Shown here one piece after another: positions 47,884-57,293 of a stretch of 64,000 bases of DNA. Below the pieces are notes generated by a model that worked only from the letters and a program-made list of their open reading frames with translations, did not search any database and was not told the DNA's origin. Source of the DNA: Verrucomicrobiota bacterium JB023. GTDB lineage: Bacteria > Verrucomicrobiota > Verrucomicrobiia > Verrucomicrobiales > Akkermansiaceae. The DNA lies in contig JAUTCR010000015.1 in NCBI GenBank assembly GCA_030673895.1, forward strand, positions 753 through 64,752, in the 5' to 3' direction. Both the position numbers and the translations under genes were made by a program. Every line of letters begins with the position of its first letter. The first letter of the stretch is position 1.

Positions 47884-49686
47884 ATGTTTGATATTTGGGA
47901 GCACTGGTTTTTGGCTATCTTGTTAGCGGTTGTTTTCGCCGGATTCATCAAGGAATGGATGCCTGTGGAGGTGGTGGCGCTGTCTGGCATGTTCATGTGT
48001 ATCGCGACGGGTATCTTGCCTGTATCCGAGGCGTTTTCGGTTTTCTCTCACCCGGCCCCGTTGGCGATTGCCTGCATGTTTGTCCTCAGCGCGGCTCTGG
48101 AGAGGACAGGGGTGATTGACTCGTTGGGCGAGTGGTTTGAGCGGGTGGCTGCCAAGAGTGAGCGCTCCATGCTGGTATGGCTTATCGTGCTGGTGGCCGC
48201 GCTTTCCGGCTTCGTCATCAATACCCCGGTCGTCGTCGTCTTCCTCCCGATCATTGTGGCGATTTGCCGTCGCAAGGATTGGAAAGCTTCCCGTTTTCTT
48301 ATTCCCCTCAGCTATGCCGCAATTGTCGGCGGCACGACGACGATCATCGGCACGTCAACCAATCTGATTGCTGCGGGCGACGCTGAGGCACGCGGCCTGG
48401 AACCCTTCGGCATGTTCGAAGTCAGCCGATTGGGGGTGATCTTTTGTGTCCTGACCTTGATTTACCTGACGACCGTCGGACGCAAGTTGCTGCCTGATCG
48501 GGTCACTCTGGCGTCGACCATCGAGCCGGAGAGCTCCCGGGAGTTCATTACCCACGCCTTCGTGCGAAAGGGCTCGCCTCTCTTGGGAAAGGATTTCAAC
48601 GAGACGCCATTCGCTAAGATCAAGCAGATGCGGATGATCGAGGTTCGGCGCAATGGCCTGAGGGTGAGGGTGCCGCTACGTGACATCAAATTCAAGGAAG
48701 GGGATGAACTGTTTTTCAAGGGCAGTCCAGAGGGGCTGAAGACCGTCTCGGAAACCAAGGGGGTGGAAGTCACCGTAGGCGACGACCTTGGCCTTGAGGG
48801 CATCCAGACCGAGTCGGCGGTGCTCATGGAAGGCATCCTCGGGCCGGATTCTTCCCTCCTTGGAAAGACGCTGAAGGAGCTCAAATTCCGCCAGCGCTTT
48901 GGAGTGATTATCCTAGCTGTCCATCGCCGTGGACAGAATCTGCGGGAACGATTTGAGGATGAGCGTCTGGCCTTTGGTGACACCCTGCTCGTTCAGGGCT
49001 CGGCGGAGAAGATGCGGCGACTCTTTGAGCAACGCGACTTCGTGAACCTGAGTGCGCCGAGCACGCAGGAGTATCGCCGTGGCAAGGCAATTTGGGCCAT
49101 TCTGGCCGTGGTGGCTTTCGTCGTCCTGGGAGCCTTGGGAGGCTTTGAAGTGATTGAAAAAATCCCGACGGCAGTGCTTGCCTTGGGAGCAGCTCTCTTC
49201 GTGGTGGCCCTTCGCTGTGTCGATGCTCAGGATGCTTACGAGGCGGTGGAATGGCGCATCATTTTACTGATCATGGGGATGCTCGGGATCGGTCTCGCCC
49301 TTGATAACTCGGGCTTGGTAACGGAACTAGCCATGTCGATCAAGGGAGCGACGGAAGGCTGGGATCCTCGTTTGCTCCTAGCGGTTATCTATCTCTTCGC
49401 CGCCGTGATGACCGAGCTGGTTAGTAATCAGGCGGTGGCGGTCTTGATGACGCCAATCGCGATCCAGATAGGGCACCAGCTGGGTGTCGATCCGCGGCCT
49501 TTCGTGGTGGCGGTGATGTTCGGCGCGTCGGCGAGCTTTTCCACCCCCATCGGTTATCAGACGAACACTTTCGTCTTCGGGGCTGGCGGCTATAAATTCG
49601 GGGACTTCTTCAAGGTAGGATTCCCCTTGGCGATATTCCTATGGCTGATGGCGAGCTTGCTCATCCCTATCCTTTGGCCGTTTTAA
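47884..49686 (+). CDS. SLC13/DASS-family anion permease with two central TrkA-C (RCK-C) domains
   Basis: TM blocks at both ends, with a roughly 170-aa cytoplasmic insert carrying duplicated TrkA-C-like segments (GKDFNET...IEVRRNG; GKTLKELKFRQRFGVIILAVHRRG). ATG at 47884. Confidence 0.75.
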   Translation: MFDIWEHWFLAILLAVVFAGFIKEWMPVEVVALSGMFMCIATGILPVSEAFSVFSHPAPLAIACMFVLSAALERTGVIDSLGEWFERVAAKSERSMLVWLIVLVAALSGFVINTPVVVVFLPIIVAICRRKDWKASRFLIPLSYAAIVGGTTTIIGTSTNLIAAGDAEARGLEPFGMFEVSRLGVIFCVLTLIYLTTVGRKLLPDRVTLASTIEPESSREFITHAFVRKGSPLLGKDFNETPFAKIKQMRMIEVRRNGLRVRVPLRDIKFKEGDELFFKGSPEGLKTVSETKGVEVTVGDDLGLEGIQTESAVLMEGILGPDSSLLGKTLKELKFRQRFGVIILAVHRRGQNLRERFEDERLAFGDTLLVQGSAEKMRRLFEQRDFVNLSAPSTQEYRRGKAIWAILAVVAFVVLGALGGFEVIEKIPTAVLALGAALFVVALRCVDAQDAYEAVEWRIILLIMGMLGIGLALDNSGLVTELAMSIKGATEGWDPRLLLAVIYLFAAVMTELVSNQAVAVLMTPIAIQIGHQLGVDPRPFVVAVMFGASASFSTPIGYQTNTFVFGAGGYKFGDFFKVGFPLAIFLWLMASLLIPILWPF

Positions 49687-49869
49687 CCATCGCCCCTGCG
49701 AGGCCGAGGATTGGCTTGGGGAGTCCGCAACCTGCCAACTCTTGCGGACGTGATTGTTGCGAATTGCAATGAGGGTGAGCGGTTTCTGTCAGATTTTCTT
49801 TGAACTAGCAGCGACACCCCCCGGCATGCGGGGTGCGAGGATGAGCGTGGACCTTTACCTCAAAAGCTG

Positions 49870-50247
49870 ATGAAAAAAAGCCATCTCAAAATCGTTGCCT
49901 CTGTCGCCGGAGCCCTGGCCCTCTGCCAATGTGTGAATCCTAATCCCAGCGGGCTCGTTCCCCTGCAGGTTGACTCCCGCCCGGAGCGTGCGGAGGTGAT
50001 TGTCACCCGGGAGAATGGACCGATGAGCGCCAAGGAGCTGGCGAAGAATCGCAACCAGAACTTGGAAATTGCCGACGAGACTCGATCTCTCCTGCGCGGG
50101 CAGACGCCCGTGACCTTCCTTCTCGATGAGAATGGCTTTTATCGCATCGATGTGACCAAGCCAGGCTATCGGCCAGCGGCCCGTCTCAACGTGTCACCTC
50201 ATCTCCATGAAGTTGAGGTGCTTCTTGATCCACTCAATCTTCCCTGA
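49870..50247 (+). CDS. PEGA-domain lipoprotein
   Basis: Lipobox ALALCQC, followed by RAEVIVTRENGP...GQTPVTFLLDENGFYRIDVTKPGYRP. Confidence 0.5.
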   Translation: MKKSHLKIVASVAGALALCQCVNPNPSGLVPLQVDSRPERAEVIVTRENGPMSAKELAKNRNQNLEIADETRSLLRGQTPVTFLLDENGFYRIDVTKPGYRPAARLNVSPHLHEVEVLLDPLNLP

Positions 50248-50256
50248 TCAGACGGT

Positions 50257-51246
50257 TTAGGGAACCGGAACCTTGCTCATGAGTCGGGCAATCAGGGTGT
50301 CCGTGGTGACACCCTCGGCTTCTGCCTCGTAGGAGAGTAGGATTCGGTGTCGAAGGACCTCGGGAGCCAGCGTCTTCACGTCTTGCGGCGTGACGTAGGC
50401 GCGCGAGTTCATGAAGGCATTGGCCCGCGCGCAGAGGGCGAGGTTAATGGTGGCCCGGGGGGAGGCTCCAGCCCGAATCAGTGGCTTGAGGCCTGTATCA
50501 TAGTCGCTCGGAGTCCGCGTGGCATGGACGAGGTCCACGATGTATTCGCGTACGGCGGGGTCGATGTAGATTTGGTCCAGAAGCTTGCGGGAGGCGAGCA
50601 GCTGCTCGGGGCTGGCCACTGCTTTGGCCTCGGGCTTGGTGCTGGTCGTGGCCATGAGGTCGAGGACCTTGAGTTCTTCCTCTTTGCTTGGGTAATCGAC
50701 GAGCACCTTGAGGAGGAAGCGGTCGAGCTGGGCTTCCGGCAGCGTGTAGGTGCCTTCTTGGTCGATGGGGTTCTGCGTGGCCAAGACGAGGAATGGCTCG
50801 GGCAGCGGATAGGTGGTGTCACCGAGGGTGACCTGACGTTCCTGCATCGCCTCAAGGAGGGCCGCCTGCACTTTGGCTGGCGAGCGATTGACCTCATCCG
50901 CGAGAACGAGATTGGCGAAGATCGGGCCCAGCTTCGGGTCAAATTGCTGCGCCTGAGGATTGTAGATGAGCGTCCCGAGCAGGTCGGCGGGCAGGAGGTC
51001 GGGAGTGAACTGGATGCGGGAGAACTTAAGGTGGAACGTCGCCGACAGGGTGTTCACAGCCAGGGTCTTGGCGAGGCCGGGGAGACCCTCAAGGAGAATG
51101 TGCCCATTGCAGAGAAGGCCGAGCAGAAGTCGGTCAACGAGCTGCTCTTGGCCGATCAGGACGCGGGCCATTTCTGTTCTCACATCATCAATCCAGCGGG
51201 AGCTCTGGGTGATTTCTTCGGAGAGGCGGGCAGTGTCTGAAGTCAT
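50257..51246 (-). CDS. MoxR-family AAA+ ATPase
   Basis: Walker A ILLEGLPGLAKT, Walker B LADEVNR and the typical MoxR C-terminal region. 329 aa. Confidence 0.9.
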   Translation of the reverse strand: MTSDTARLSEEITQSSRWIDDVRTEMARVLIGQEQLVDRLLLGLLCNGHILLEGLPGLAKTLAVNTLSATFHLKFSRIQFTPDLLPADLLGTLIYNPQAQQFDPKLGPIFANLVLADEVNRSPAKVQAALLEAMQERQVTLGDTTYPLPEPFLVLATQNPIDQEGTYTLPEAQLDRFLLKVLVDYPSKEEELKVLDLMATTSTKPEAKAVASPEQLLASRKLLDQIYIDPAVREYIVDLVHATRTPSDYDTGLKPLIRAGASPRATINLALCARANAFMNSRAYVTPQDVKTLAPEVLRHRILLSYEAEAEGVTTDTLIARLMSKVPVP

Positions 51247-51303
51247 TTTCTGGAAAAGGCTCTAATAAGAGTCAGCGGGATGCAATCGCAGATGCCGTCC
51301 AGT

Positions 51304-52149
51304 TCAAAAGCGCCAATTGAATGACGTGTGGAGTGAGAGCTCAGCCGACTCGTCGCCGAGCCCGGTGCCCGCTCCGATAAGGAGGGTGTGATGATGCGTG
51401 GGACGGAAGGTCGCGGTGGCGAGAGCCAAGTGCTCGCCGCCGGAATCAAAATCTCCCGTGCCTTCCAGGCCGAGGGCCAGCCAACTTGTGACCTCCTGCC
51501 GCATCGCCAAGGCATAGCCAAAAGCCGGGGAGTCACCCTCAGGGAAAACCGCGATGAGATTGCCAGCAATCTTGAAGTGGTCCGTGGCATCCCAATCCGC
51601 GATGAGGCGCAGGGTGCCGTGGGATTGGCCATGGCGGTGGATGCCTCCATGGTCATGGCTCTCATCGTGAGTGTGGTTTTGCCGGTTCTCATTGGCGGCT
51701 AGACAGGCCTGATAGAGATGGGGGATGCCGATGAGGGCGCTGCAGTCATCGACGGGGATCTCCTCGCCGTGGTCATGATGGTGACTGTCCTGCTCACGCA
51801 GCGCGAATTCCCAAGCTCCCGATAGCGAAAAAGAGAGCGAACCAATCCGAGAGAATTCCGGTGACCACTGGATGGAGGGTGAGAGGGCGAGCGCATTGTC
51901 GCTAAAGTCCTCGGCATTGTTAGTGAGCAGGAAGGTCGCTCCGATCGAGAGGTCGCCCGGCAGACCGGCGAGCAGGCTTTGAGAGACTCCGAACTCTTCC
52001 TCGCTCTGGTAAGAAGTGAACTCTGTCCGCGTGAGGCTGAGGAACTCGCCCGAAGCCAAGGGAGCGGCATCAAGAGTGACGAGAAAATCCTGCCCATGGT
52101 GAGCGAAGAGGGGGGAGGCGAGGGAGATGGGAAGAATAAGCTTTCGCAT
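51304..52149 (-). CDS. His-rich putative outer-membrane beta-barrel protein
   Basis: Signal peptide, alternating-polarity strands and the C-terminal ...SLHTSFNWRF (terminal Phe). His clusters HHHDHGEE and HTHDESHDHGGIHRHGQSHG. Confidence 0.45.
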   Translation of the reverse strand: MRKLILPISLASPLFAHHGQDFLVTLDAAPLASGEFLSLTRTEFTSYQSEEEFGVSQSLLAGLPGDLSIGATFLLTNNAEDFSDNALALSPSIQWSPEFSRIGSLSFSLSGAWEFALREQDSHHHDHGEEIPVDDCSALIGIPHLYQACLAANENRQNHTHDESHDHGGIHRHGQSHGTLRLIADWDATDHFKIAGNLIAVFPEGDSPAFGYALAMRQEVTSWLALGLEGTGDFDSGGEHLALATATFRPTHHHTLLIGAGTGLGDESAELSLHTSFNWRF

Positions 52150-52238
52150 ATCGGTTCGATGGAAGGGCGATTGTTAGGGCTACGTGTTAGATGGCAGGGG
52201 CTGAAAAGCCAAGCCCCTGCCGATTGGGTGTCGTCGCA

Positions 52239-52883
52239 TCAGCGGCGGCGGCGCAGGAGAGCGAACAAGCCGAGTGTGCTAAACAGGGCCGTCGAAGGCT
52301 CCGGGATCGGCGAGGCGCTGATGAGTGCACTGTAATTGACGTTGACCGGACTGGCCTCTGAGGTGGCATTGCCCCCGAACGCAATTGTGTAGCTCCCTGC
52401 CGGCAGGGAAATGTCGGCGGAGAGGGAGCCGTCGATGTCATTTTCAAAGTGAGTCAGGTAGGTGAGCAGATTGGTCTCGGGTGACCATTGGATGTCTTCC
52501 TGATTGGGGAAGGTGTGAAAGCCATTCGTATCCGCGAGGCCTTCGTAGAGGGTGAACGAGGGGAAGAGCTTGGCGTCGTCGACTTCGTTGTGGCGAGAGA
52601 AGTTGAGGCTGAGCGTGGTGGCTTCGGTCAAGGTGACATAGAACCAGTCGGATTGGTGGCGCCAGCCCAGGCTTTCATTCTCGGGATCCGTCTCGACCGA
52701 GGCGTCATGCCACGACCATGAGCCGACGGTGCCGACAAACTGCGACTGGTCGCCATTGCCGAGAGTCAGGTGATAGGTATAGCCGGCCCCGCCGGCGGGG
52801 TCACCGGGAGTGGCGGTGACTGTGGCTGCATTCAGTCCTACGGAGGTGAAGGCTACTGCTACTAGGGTGATGGTTGTTTTCAT
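52239..52883 (-). CDS. PEP-CTERM sorting-domain protein
   Basis: Signal peptide plus the C-terminal PIPEPSTALFSTLGLFALLRRRR. Confidence 0.85.
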   Translation of the reverse strand: MKTTITLVAVAFTSVGLNAATVTATPGDPAGGAGYTYHLTLGNGDQSQFVGTVGSWSWHDASVETDPENESLGWRHQSDWFYVTLTEATTLSLNFSRHNEVDDAKLFPSFTLYEGLADTNGFHTFPNQEDIQWSPETNLLTYLTHFENDIDGSLSADISLPAGSYTIAFGGNATSEASPVNVNYSALISASPIPEPSTALFSTLGLFALLRRRR

Positions 52884-52907
52884 GTATTTTTTCTTTGGTG
52901 TGGTTTC

Positions 52908-55505
52908 TTACCAGGTTCGTTTGAGCCGGGTGAAGGTTGCGCCCGATTCTTCAGGCGAAAGTTTGAATTCCTCGTTCTCAAGAAGCTGTGGCCGGGTGTC
53001 GGGCCGCCAGTCGAGGAGGTTGGAGGTGGACTCGGGATACCAACCTTGCGTGGCTGGCCATGCCAGGAGGCCATTGGGCTGGATGGTGAGAAGAGGTGGC
53101 GTGGTGGAATCCATCGATTCATCCTGGTCCCGGTCAATGGAGAATCTACTGGAGGTGCCGTAGGGGACGCCGGAGGCAAGAAGAAGATCGCCGGTGAGCA
53201 TTTGGCTATGGATTTCCTCAAAGGTGAGATTCGCCCCGGCGAGGGATGTCGAGCGGTAGGTCCCATCGGCGGGCCGATATTGGAAGGCGACAGGCTCTCC
53301 GCGGAAGATCCCCCTCAGGACAAGCCCGGCTGCAGGCTCTACGGTGGCGGCGGGAGCCACGGCTTGCGCCTCAAGGATTGTTAGACTGGCCCTTTCTTCC
53401 GTGTCCGGCGTGCTCGCCGGAGTTAGCGCCAGGGTATGCCCCACGACGGGAGCAGTCCCGGTATCGAAGCAGAGGAGAAAGGCGGTGAGGTCGAGCTTTT
53501 CCTGGGCTCTCTTTGCTGCCGGCCTGCTGATGTCGTCGAGAATGTGCAAGAAGTAGTCGTGGCCGATAGGGAGATCGGTAACCGAGCCCGAGCCATCGGA
53601 GAGCATTCCGAAGCCGCTCCGGCTTTCGCCACCGGGGGTGGTGTCGAGGTCCATGCGATGGAAGGTGGTGCGCAAGGGGGGATCCTTGAGCGCTTGGTCG
53701 GATCCCACCGCGGAGGGGATATCGTGATTATTGCTCGAGCCGGAGGGAAGCCGGTGACACTCGGCGCAGTGATTGTCAAAGAGGGTGTAAACGGAGATGC
53801 CTGCGGTAGGATCCCCGCCTTGAAGCGTCGCGGGGAGGCTTCGGTCGAGGTTGAGATTCGGGTTGGGGTGATGACGCAGGGTTTCGAGATAGGCCGCTAC
53901 CCGGTCCATGTCGTCATCCGCTAGCAAAGCGCCGCCAAGCAGGTTGACGAAGGTGGAGTTGAAGCTCTGGATGCTGTCCTTGTCACCTCGCCAATGAAGA
54001 GGAGTTTGCTCGTGGATTCCGATCAGGGTCTGGGTCACCAGAGGGCCCTTCATCGGATGGAGGTCGTAGTCGATGACGGTGCTGTAATCGTGGAGCGAAT
54101 TTCTCACTCCGGAGACGGTGACCATGGAGCCTCCGGGATCACCCAGGTCCCAGGCCAAGCCATCGCGCTCCAGATCGATGTGGCAGCTTGCGCATGAGGC
54201 GGAGCCATTACCGGAGAGGCGGGCATCATGGAGGAAGGCCCGGCCCATCTTGAGATCGGGCTCCAAGTCGGTGAAGGAAGAGAGCGCAATCTCCCCCAAG
54301 GGAGTCCCGGAGTCGGTATCAACGATGGAGAGGGTATGGGAAAGCTTGTTGAAGCAGTAGAGACGGGGATAGACCGGATGCAGGGCCAAGCCGCGAGGAC
54401 CTCTGACGGTGAGTGGGCCTCTCGCCTCATCCGGACCATCAAGAGAGCGGAGATCAATACGGGCAGTGAGAGCGTTAGTCGCGAGATCGAGCACGCCGAT
54501 TCGATCGGAGCCAAAGGCGGCGACATAGGCATTATCTTGATCGGAGGTGATTGCCATTGGCTGGGCGAGGGCAAGCGAGGCAGCTTGCTCGTCTTGGGTG
54601 GGGATGGTGTCTGGATCGCTGTCGAGAGCGATGGCGAGAAGATCCCCCGTCTGAGCGTCCCACCGAGTGAGCCGATTGCGAACGAATCTCGCTTTCAGCT
54701 CGGGTTCGAAACGGATCAGGTTTCTCGCCTCCGTATTGGCGACCAGCAGGTCTCCGGAAGGGAGGGGATGCAGGCCGAGGAGATTGGTCCCGACGCTTCC
54801 GGTGTAGGTTACGGAGAGATCCGCCACCGAGATGTGTGCCACGTCATGATTGGTGACGGTGTAGGGAATTCGCTCATCATCGGCGGAGACAATGAGTCCG
54901 ACTTGAGGAGGCTCGGGGAGATCGGGGTCGGTCGGTGCTGGCTGGGCGGGGGCTTCTGAGCGGGGCAGAATCGTCGTGTTGTTCCCGGAGAGGAGGAAGG
55001 CGGCATGCACTGTCTGGCCATCAGGCGAGAGGGCCAGGGACCGGGGCATCACACCTTCTAGTGCGATGGTGCCGAGCGGTTCGCGGGTGCTGGAGGAGAA
55101 CACCTCGATGGCGTTGTCACGCGCGCAGGTGACGAAGGCCTTCCCATCGGTGAAGACCACATCCGAGGGTTCGTCTCCGGTTTGGATCACACTGACTGGT
55201 TGATTCGTGCGGAGGTCGACCACTGTGATCGAATCCGAAAGCTCGCACACGACCCACGCTTCGTCCTCATTGCGCAATCGCACACTCACTGGCGAGAGCC
55301 CCACCGGCACCTCGGCGATGAGGAGGGGCTTGGTGTGGGCAAGGGGGCCGATGGCAAAAACGGACAGGCGGGCCTCCGCCGCATTGGTGGCATAGAGGCG
55401 CGAGCCCTCCGCATTCAGGGCGAGAGGGTGGACGGGGCGGGATTCGAAATGGGCCGAAAGGCTCTGGGCGAGAAAGATGGATGAGATCAGGATCAAGGAC
55501 TTCAT
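52908..55505 (-). CDS. secreted beta-propeller protein fused to a dihaem cytochrome c peroxidase/MauG-like domain
   Basis: Signal peptide MKSLILISSIFLAQSLSA, an N-terminal repeat region and two CxxCH haem motifs (CASCH, CAECH). ATG at 55505. Confidence 0.65.
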   Translation of the reverse strand: MKSLILISSIFLAQSLSAHFESRPVHPLALNAEGSRLYATNAAEARLSVFAIGPLAHTKPLLIAEVPVGLSPVSVRLRNEDEAWVVCELSDSITVVDLRTNQPVSVIQTGDEPSDVVFTDGKAFVTCARDNAIEVFSSSTREPLGTIALEGVMPRSLALSPDGQTVHAAFLLSGNNTTILPRSEAPAQPAPTDPDLPEPPQVGLIVSADDERIPYTVTNHDVAHISVADLSVTYTGSVGTNLLGLHPLPSGDLLVANTEARNLIRFEPELKARFVRNRLTRWDAQTGDLLAIALDSDPDTIPTQDEQAASLALAQPMAITSDQDNAYVAAFGSDRIGVLDLATNALTARIDLRSLDGPDEARGPLTVRGPRGLALHPVYPRLYCFNKLSHTLSIVDTDSGTPLGEIALSSFTDLEPDLKMGRAFLHDARLSGNGSASCASCHIDLERDGLAWDLGDPGGSMVTVSGVRNSLHDYSTVIDYDLHPMKGPLVTQTLIGIHEQTPLHWRGDKDSIQSFNSTFVNLLGGALLADDDMDRVAAYLETLRHHPNPNLNLDRSLPATLQGGDPTAGISVYTLFDNHCAECHRLPSGSSNNHDIPSAVGSDQALKDPPLRTTFHRMDLDTTPGGESRSGFGMLSDGSGSVTDLPIGHDYFLHILDDISRPAAKRAQEKLDLTAFLLCFDTGTAPVVGHTLALTPASTPDTEERASLTILEAQAVAPAATVEPAAGLVLRGIFRGEPVAFQYRPADGTYRSTSLAGANLTFEEIHSQMLTGDLLLASGVPYGTSSRFSIDRDQDESMDSTTPPLLTIQPNGLLAWPATQGWYPESTSNLLDWRPDTRPQLLENEEFKLSPEESGATFTRLKRTW

Positions 55506-55761
55506 GATTGATGAAATCAGGAGGGTTGGCTCTCCGGGAGCCGCGGTTCCCAACGTGGGAGGGCGGTCCGTAGAGGGCGGAATGAGGGAGGGAGAGAAGA
55601 GTCGGCTTCCCGCCGATGCCTGATAGGCAACAACGCGAATTCGACGTCTGTTGATATCCCTTAGGAGAGAGAGGAGAGAATGCGGCGGTCTACGTTTCTG
55701 GAGCAGAAACGAAGCAGACGGAGAGAAACGGCTCCGTCAAAAACGCACAATTTTCTCAAAT

Positions 55762-56175
55762 TTATGCCAACCCCTTTGGGGGGGGAGATGGGACCTTCTG
55801 GTCCGTGGAGAAGGCGGCCAAGAGGGTGCCCTCGGGCCGAGCGCAGTCGCCTTCAAGGGCATCCTGCGATTGGAGGGCAAAGAGGCTCTCCAAAGGTTTC
55901 AAGTCGTGACGTGGTTGCTGGCGGTCATCCTTGTCCGACGGGTAGGGTGAGGGGTCTTGATCCTCGGATTCCTTTGATTTTGCTTCAGCAATGGCGTTGC
56001 ACATCGGGCAGGGATGGTCGCCCGAGAAGGTCATATCGACTGCTTCCGTCAGGGTGCGTCCCTGTGAATAATCGAACATCATTCCCGTCCAAGCGCAAAG
56101 CTGGAGGAAGTTCAGGTGCCCGATCCCGAGATGGAGGCATCCGAGCAAGACAAAAACTGTGCGGACGAAACGCAA
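55762..56175 (-). CDS. small hypothetical membrane protein with HPCPMC motif
   Basis: This is the distal part of track ORF 55762..56616. A TTG at 56175 gives MRFVRTVFVLLGCLHLGIGHLNFLQLCAWTGMMFDY...TFSGDHPCPMCNAI. The start is uncertain. Confidence 0.3.
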   Translation of the reverse strand: MRFVRTVFVLLGCLHLGIGHLNFLQLCAWTGMMFDYSQGRTLTEAVDMTFSGDHPCPMCNAIAEAKSKESEDQDPSPYPSDKDDRQQPRHDLKPLESLFALQSQDALEGDCARPEGTLLAAFSTDQKVPSPPPKGLA

Positions 56176-56262
56176 CTCAGGCGCAATTTGACGCGAAGAG
56201 AGCCCGTTGCAAGTGAGAATTTTACAATTGCAGATGAAAGAGGGAGGGTTACGGGATTTTCC

Positions 56263-57180
56263 GTGATTCGAACAATCGGAATAGTCGGGACGGGAGCCAT
56301 CGGTGGCTACTATGGGTGTCGTCTGTTGGAAGCGGGGAAAGAGGTGAAGTTTCTCCTGAGGAGCGATTATGAGGAGGTGAAGAGCAATGGCTTCACCGTC
56401 AAGAGCGTCGATGGGGACATGAAGGTCGCCTACCCGTCGATTTTTCAGAGCACGCGAGAGATGGGACCAGTGGACTTGGTGATCGTGACCTGGAAGTCGA
56501 CCGCCAATAAGCATTTCGAGCATGTGATCAGACCTCTCATGCATGAGGACACCAAGATCCTGACCCTGCAGAATGGTCTCGGTAATGTCGAGGAGCTGGA
56601 GGCGCTCTTCGGTCAAGGTCGTGTGATGGGAGGGCTCTGCTTCGTCCGTATCAATCGGCTAGGAGGAGGTGTCATTTCTCACATGGGCGGCGGCAAGATC
56701 ACGATGGGAGAATTCTCCGAGTCCGGTTCCCTGCATGAAGTGGCCTCGCTCTTCGGCCCCAAGGTCAAGACGCGTCCGGTCGATAACCTGGGGCGAGCGC
56801 AGTGGGAAAAACTGGTTTGGAACATCCCCTTCAATGGCCTCTGCGTGACCGAGGGGGGAGTCGATACCCGCAAATTAATGCAAATGCCGGGCATGGAGGC
56901 CAAGTGCCGGGAGGTGATGGAAGAGGTGCTCGCAGGGGCCAATGCGCTTGGGTTCACTATCCCTCATGCATTCGTCGATGAGATGATTCACTTCACCCGC
57001 GGGATGGGGGCTTACAAGCCTTCGACCTTGATCGATTACTTGGAGAACCGGGAAATCGAGGTCGAAGCCATCTGGGGCGAGCCTTACCGCCGGGCCACCG
57101 CCGCTGGAGTGGCCTTGCCTCGCCTCGGGGAATTGTACGAAAATTTGCAGAAGGTTGCGCAGCAGACCTGCTTGGTCTGA
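56263..57180 (+). CDS. panE: 2-dehydropantoate 2-reductase
   Basis: Rossmann motif IGIVGTGAIGGYYG and the ApbA/PanE C-terminal domain. GTG at 56263 was chosen and the start is uncertain. Confidence 0.75.
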   Translation: MIRTIGIVGTGAIGGYYGCRLLEAGKEVKFLLRSDYEEVKSNGFTVKSVDGDMKVAYPSIFQSTREMGPVDLVIVTWKSTANKHFEHVIRPLMHEDTKILTLQNGLGNVEELEALFGQGRVMGGLCFVRINRLGGGVISHMGGGKITMGEFSESGSLHEVASLFGPKVKTRPVDNLGRAQWEKLVWNIPFNGLCVTEGGVDTRKLMQMPGMEAKCREVMEEVLAGANALGFTIPHAFVDEMIHFTRGMGAYKPSTLIDYLENREIEVEAIWGEPYRRATAAGVALPRLGELYENLQKVAQQTCLV

Positions 57181-57293
57181 GCCGACACAAGGCAAAGGCT
57201 TCATCGCACGATAGCGCCTGGGGGCTCCCGAATGCGGCTCCCCGGTGAAATGCGCTCGCACAGAGTGGCGCGCAGGTTGTTGAGAAACCCTCG

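Noticed and set aside
50257-51246. MoxR taken as evidence for a Bat/vWA aerotolerance-type operon.
   Set aside because: The expected DUF58 and vWA genes are absent. The next downstream gene is convergent (the PEGA lipoprotein), so only the weaker cluster hypothesis is reported.
56176-56616. N-terminal 147 codons of track ORF 55762..56616.
   Set aside because: This part lies antisense to the well-supported panE gene (Rossmann motif at its start). Only the distal part downstream of TTG 56175 was kept, and with low confidence.
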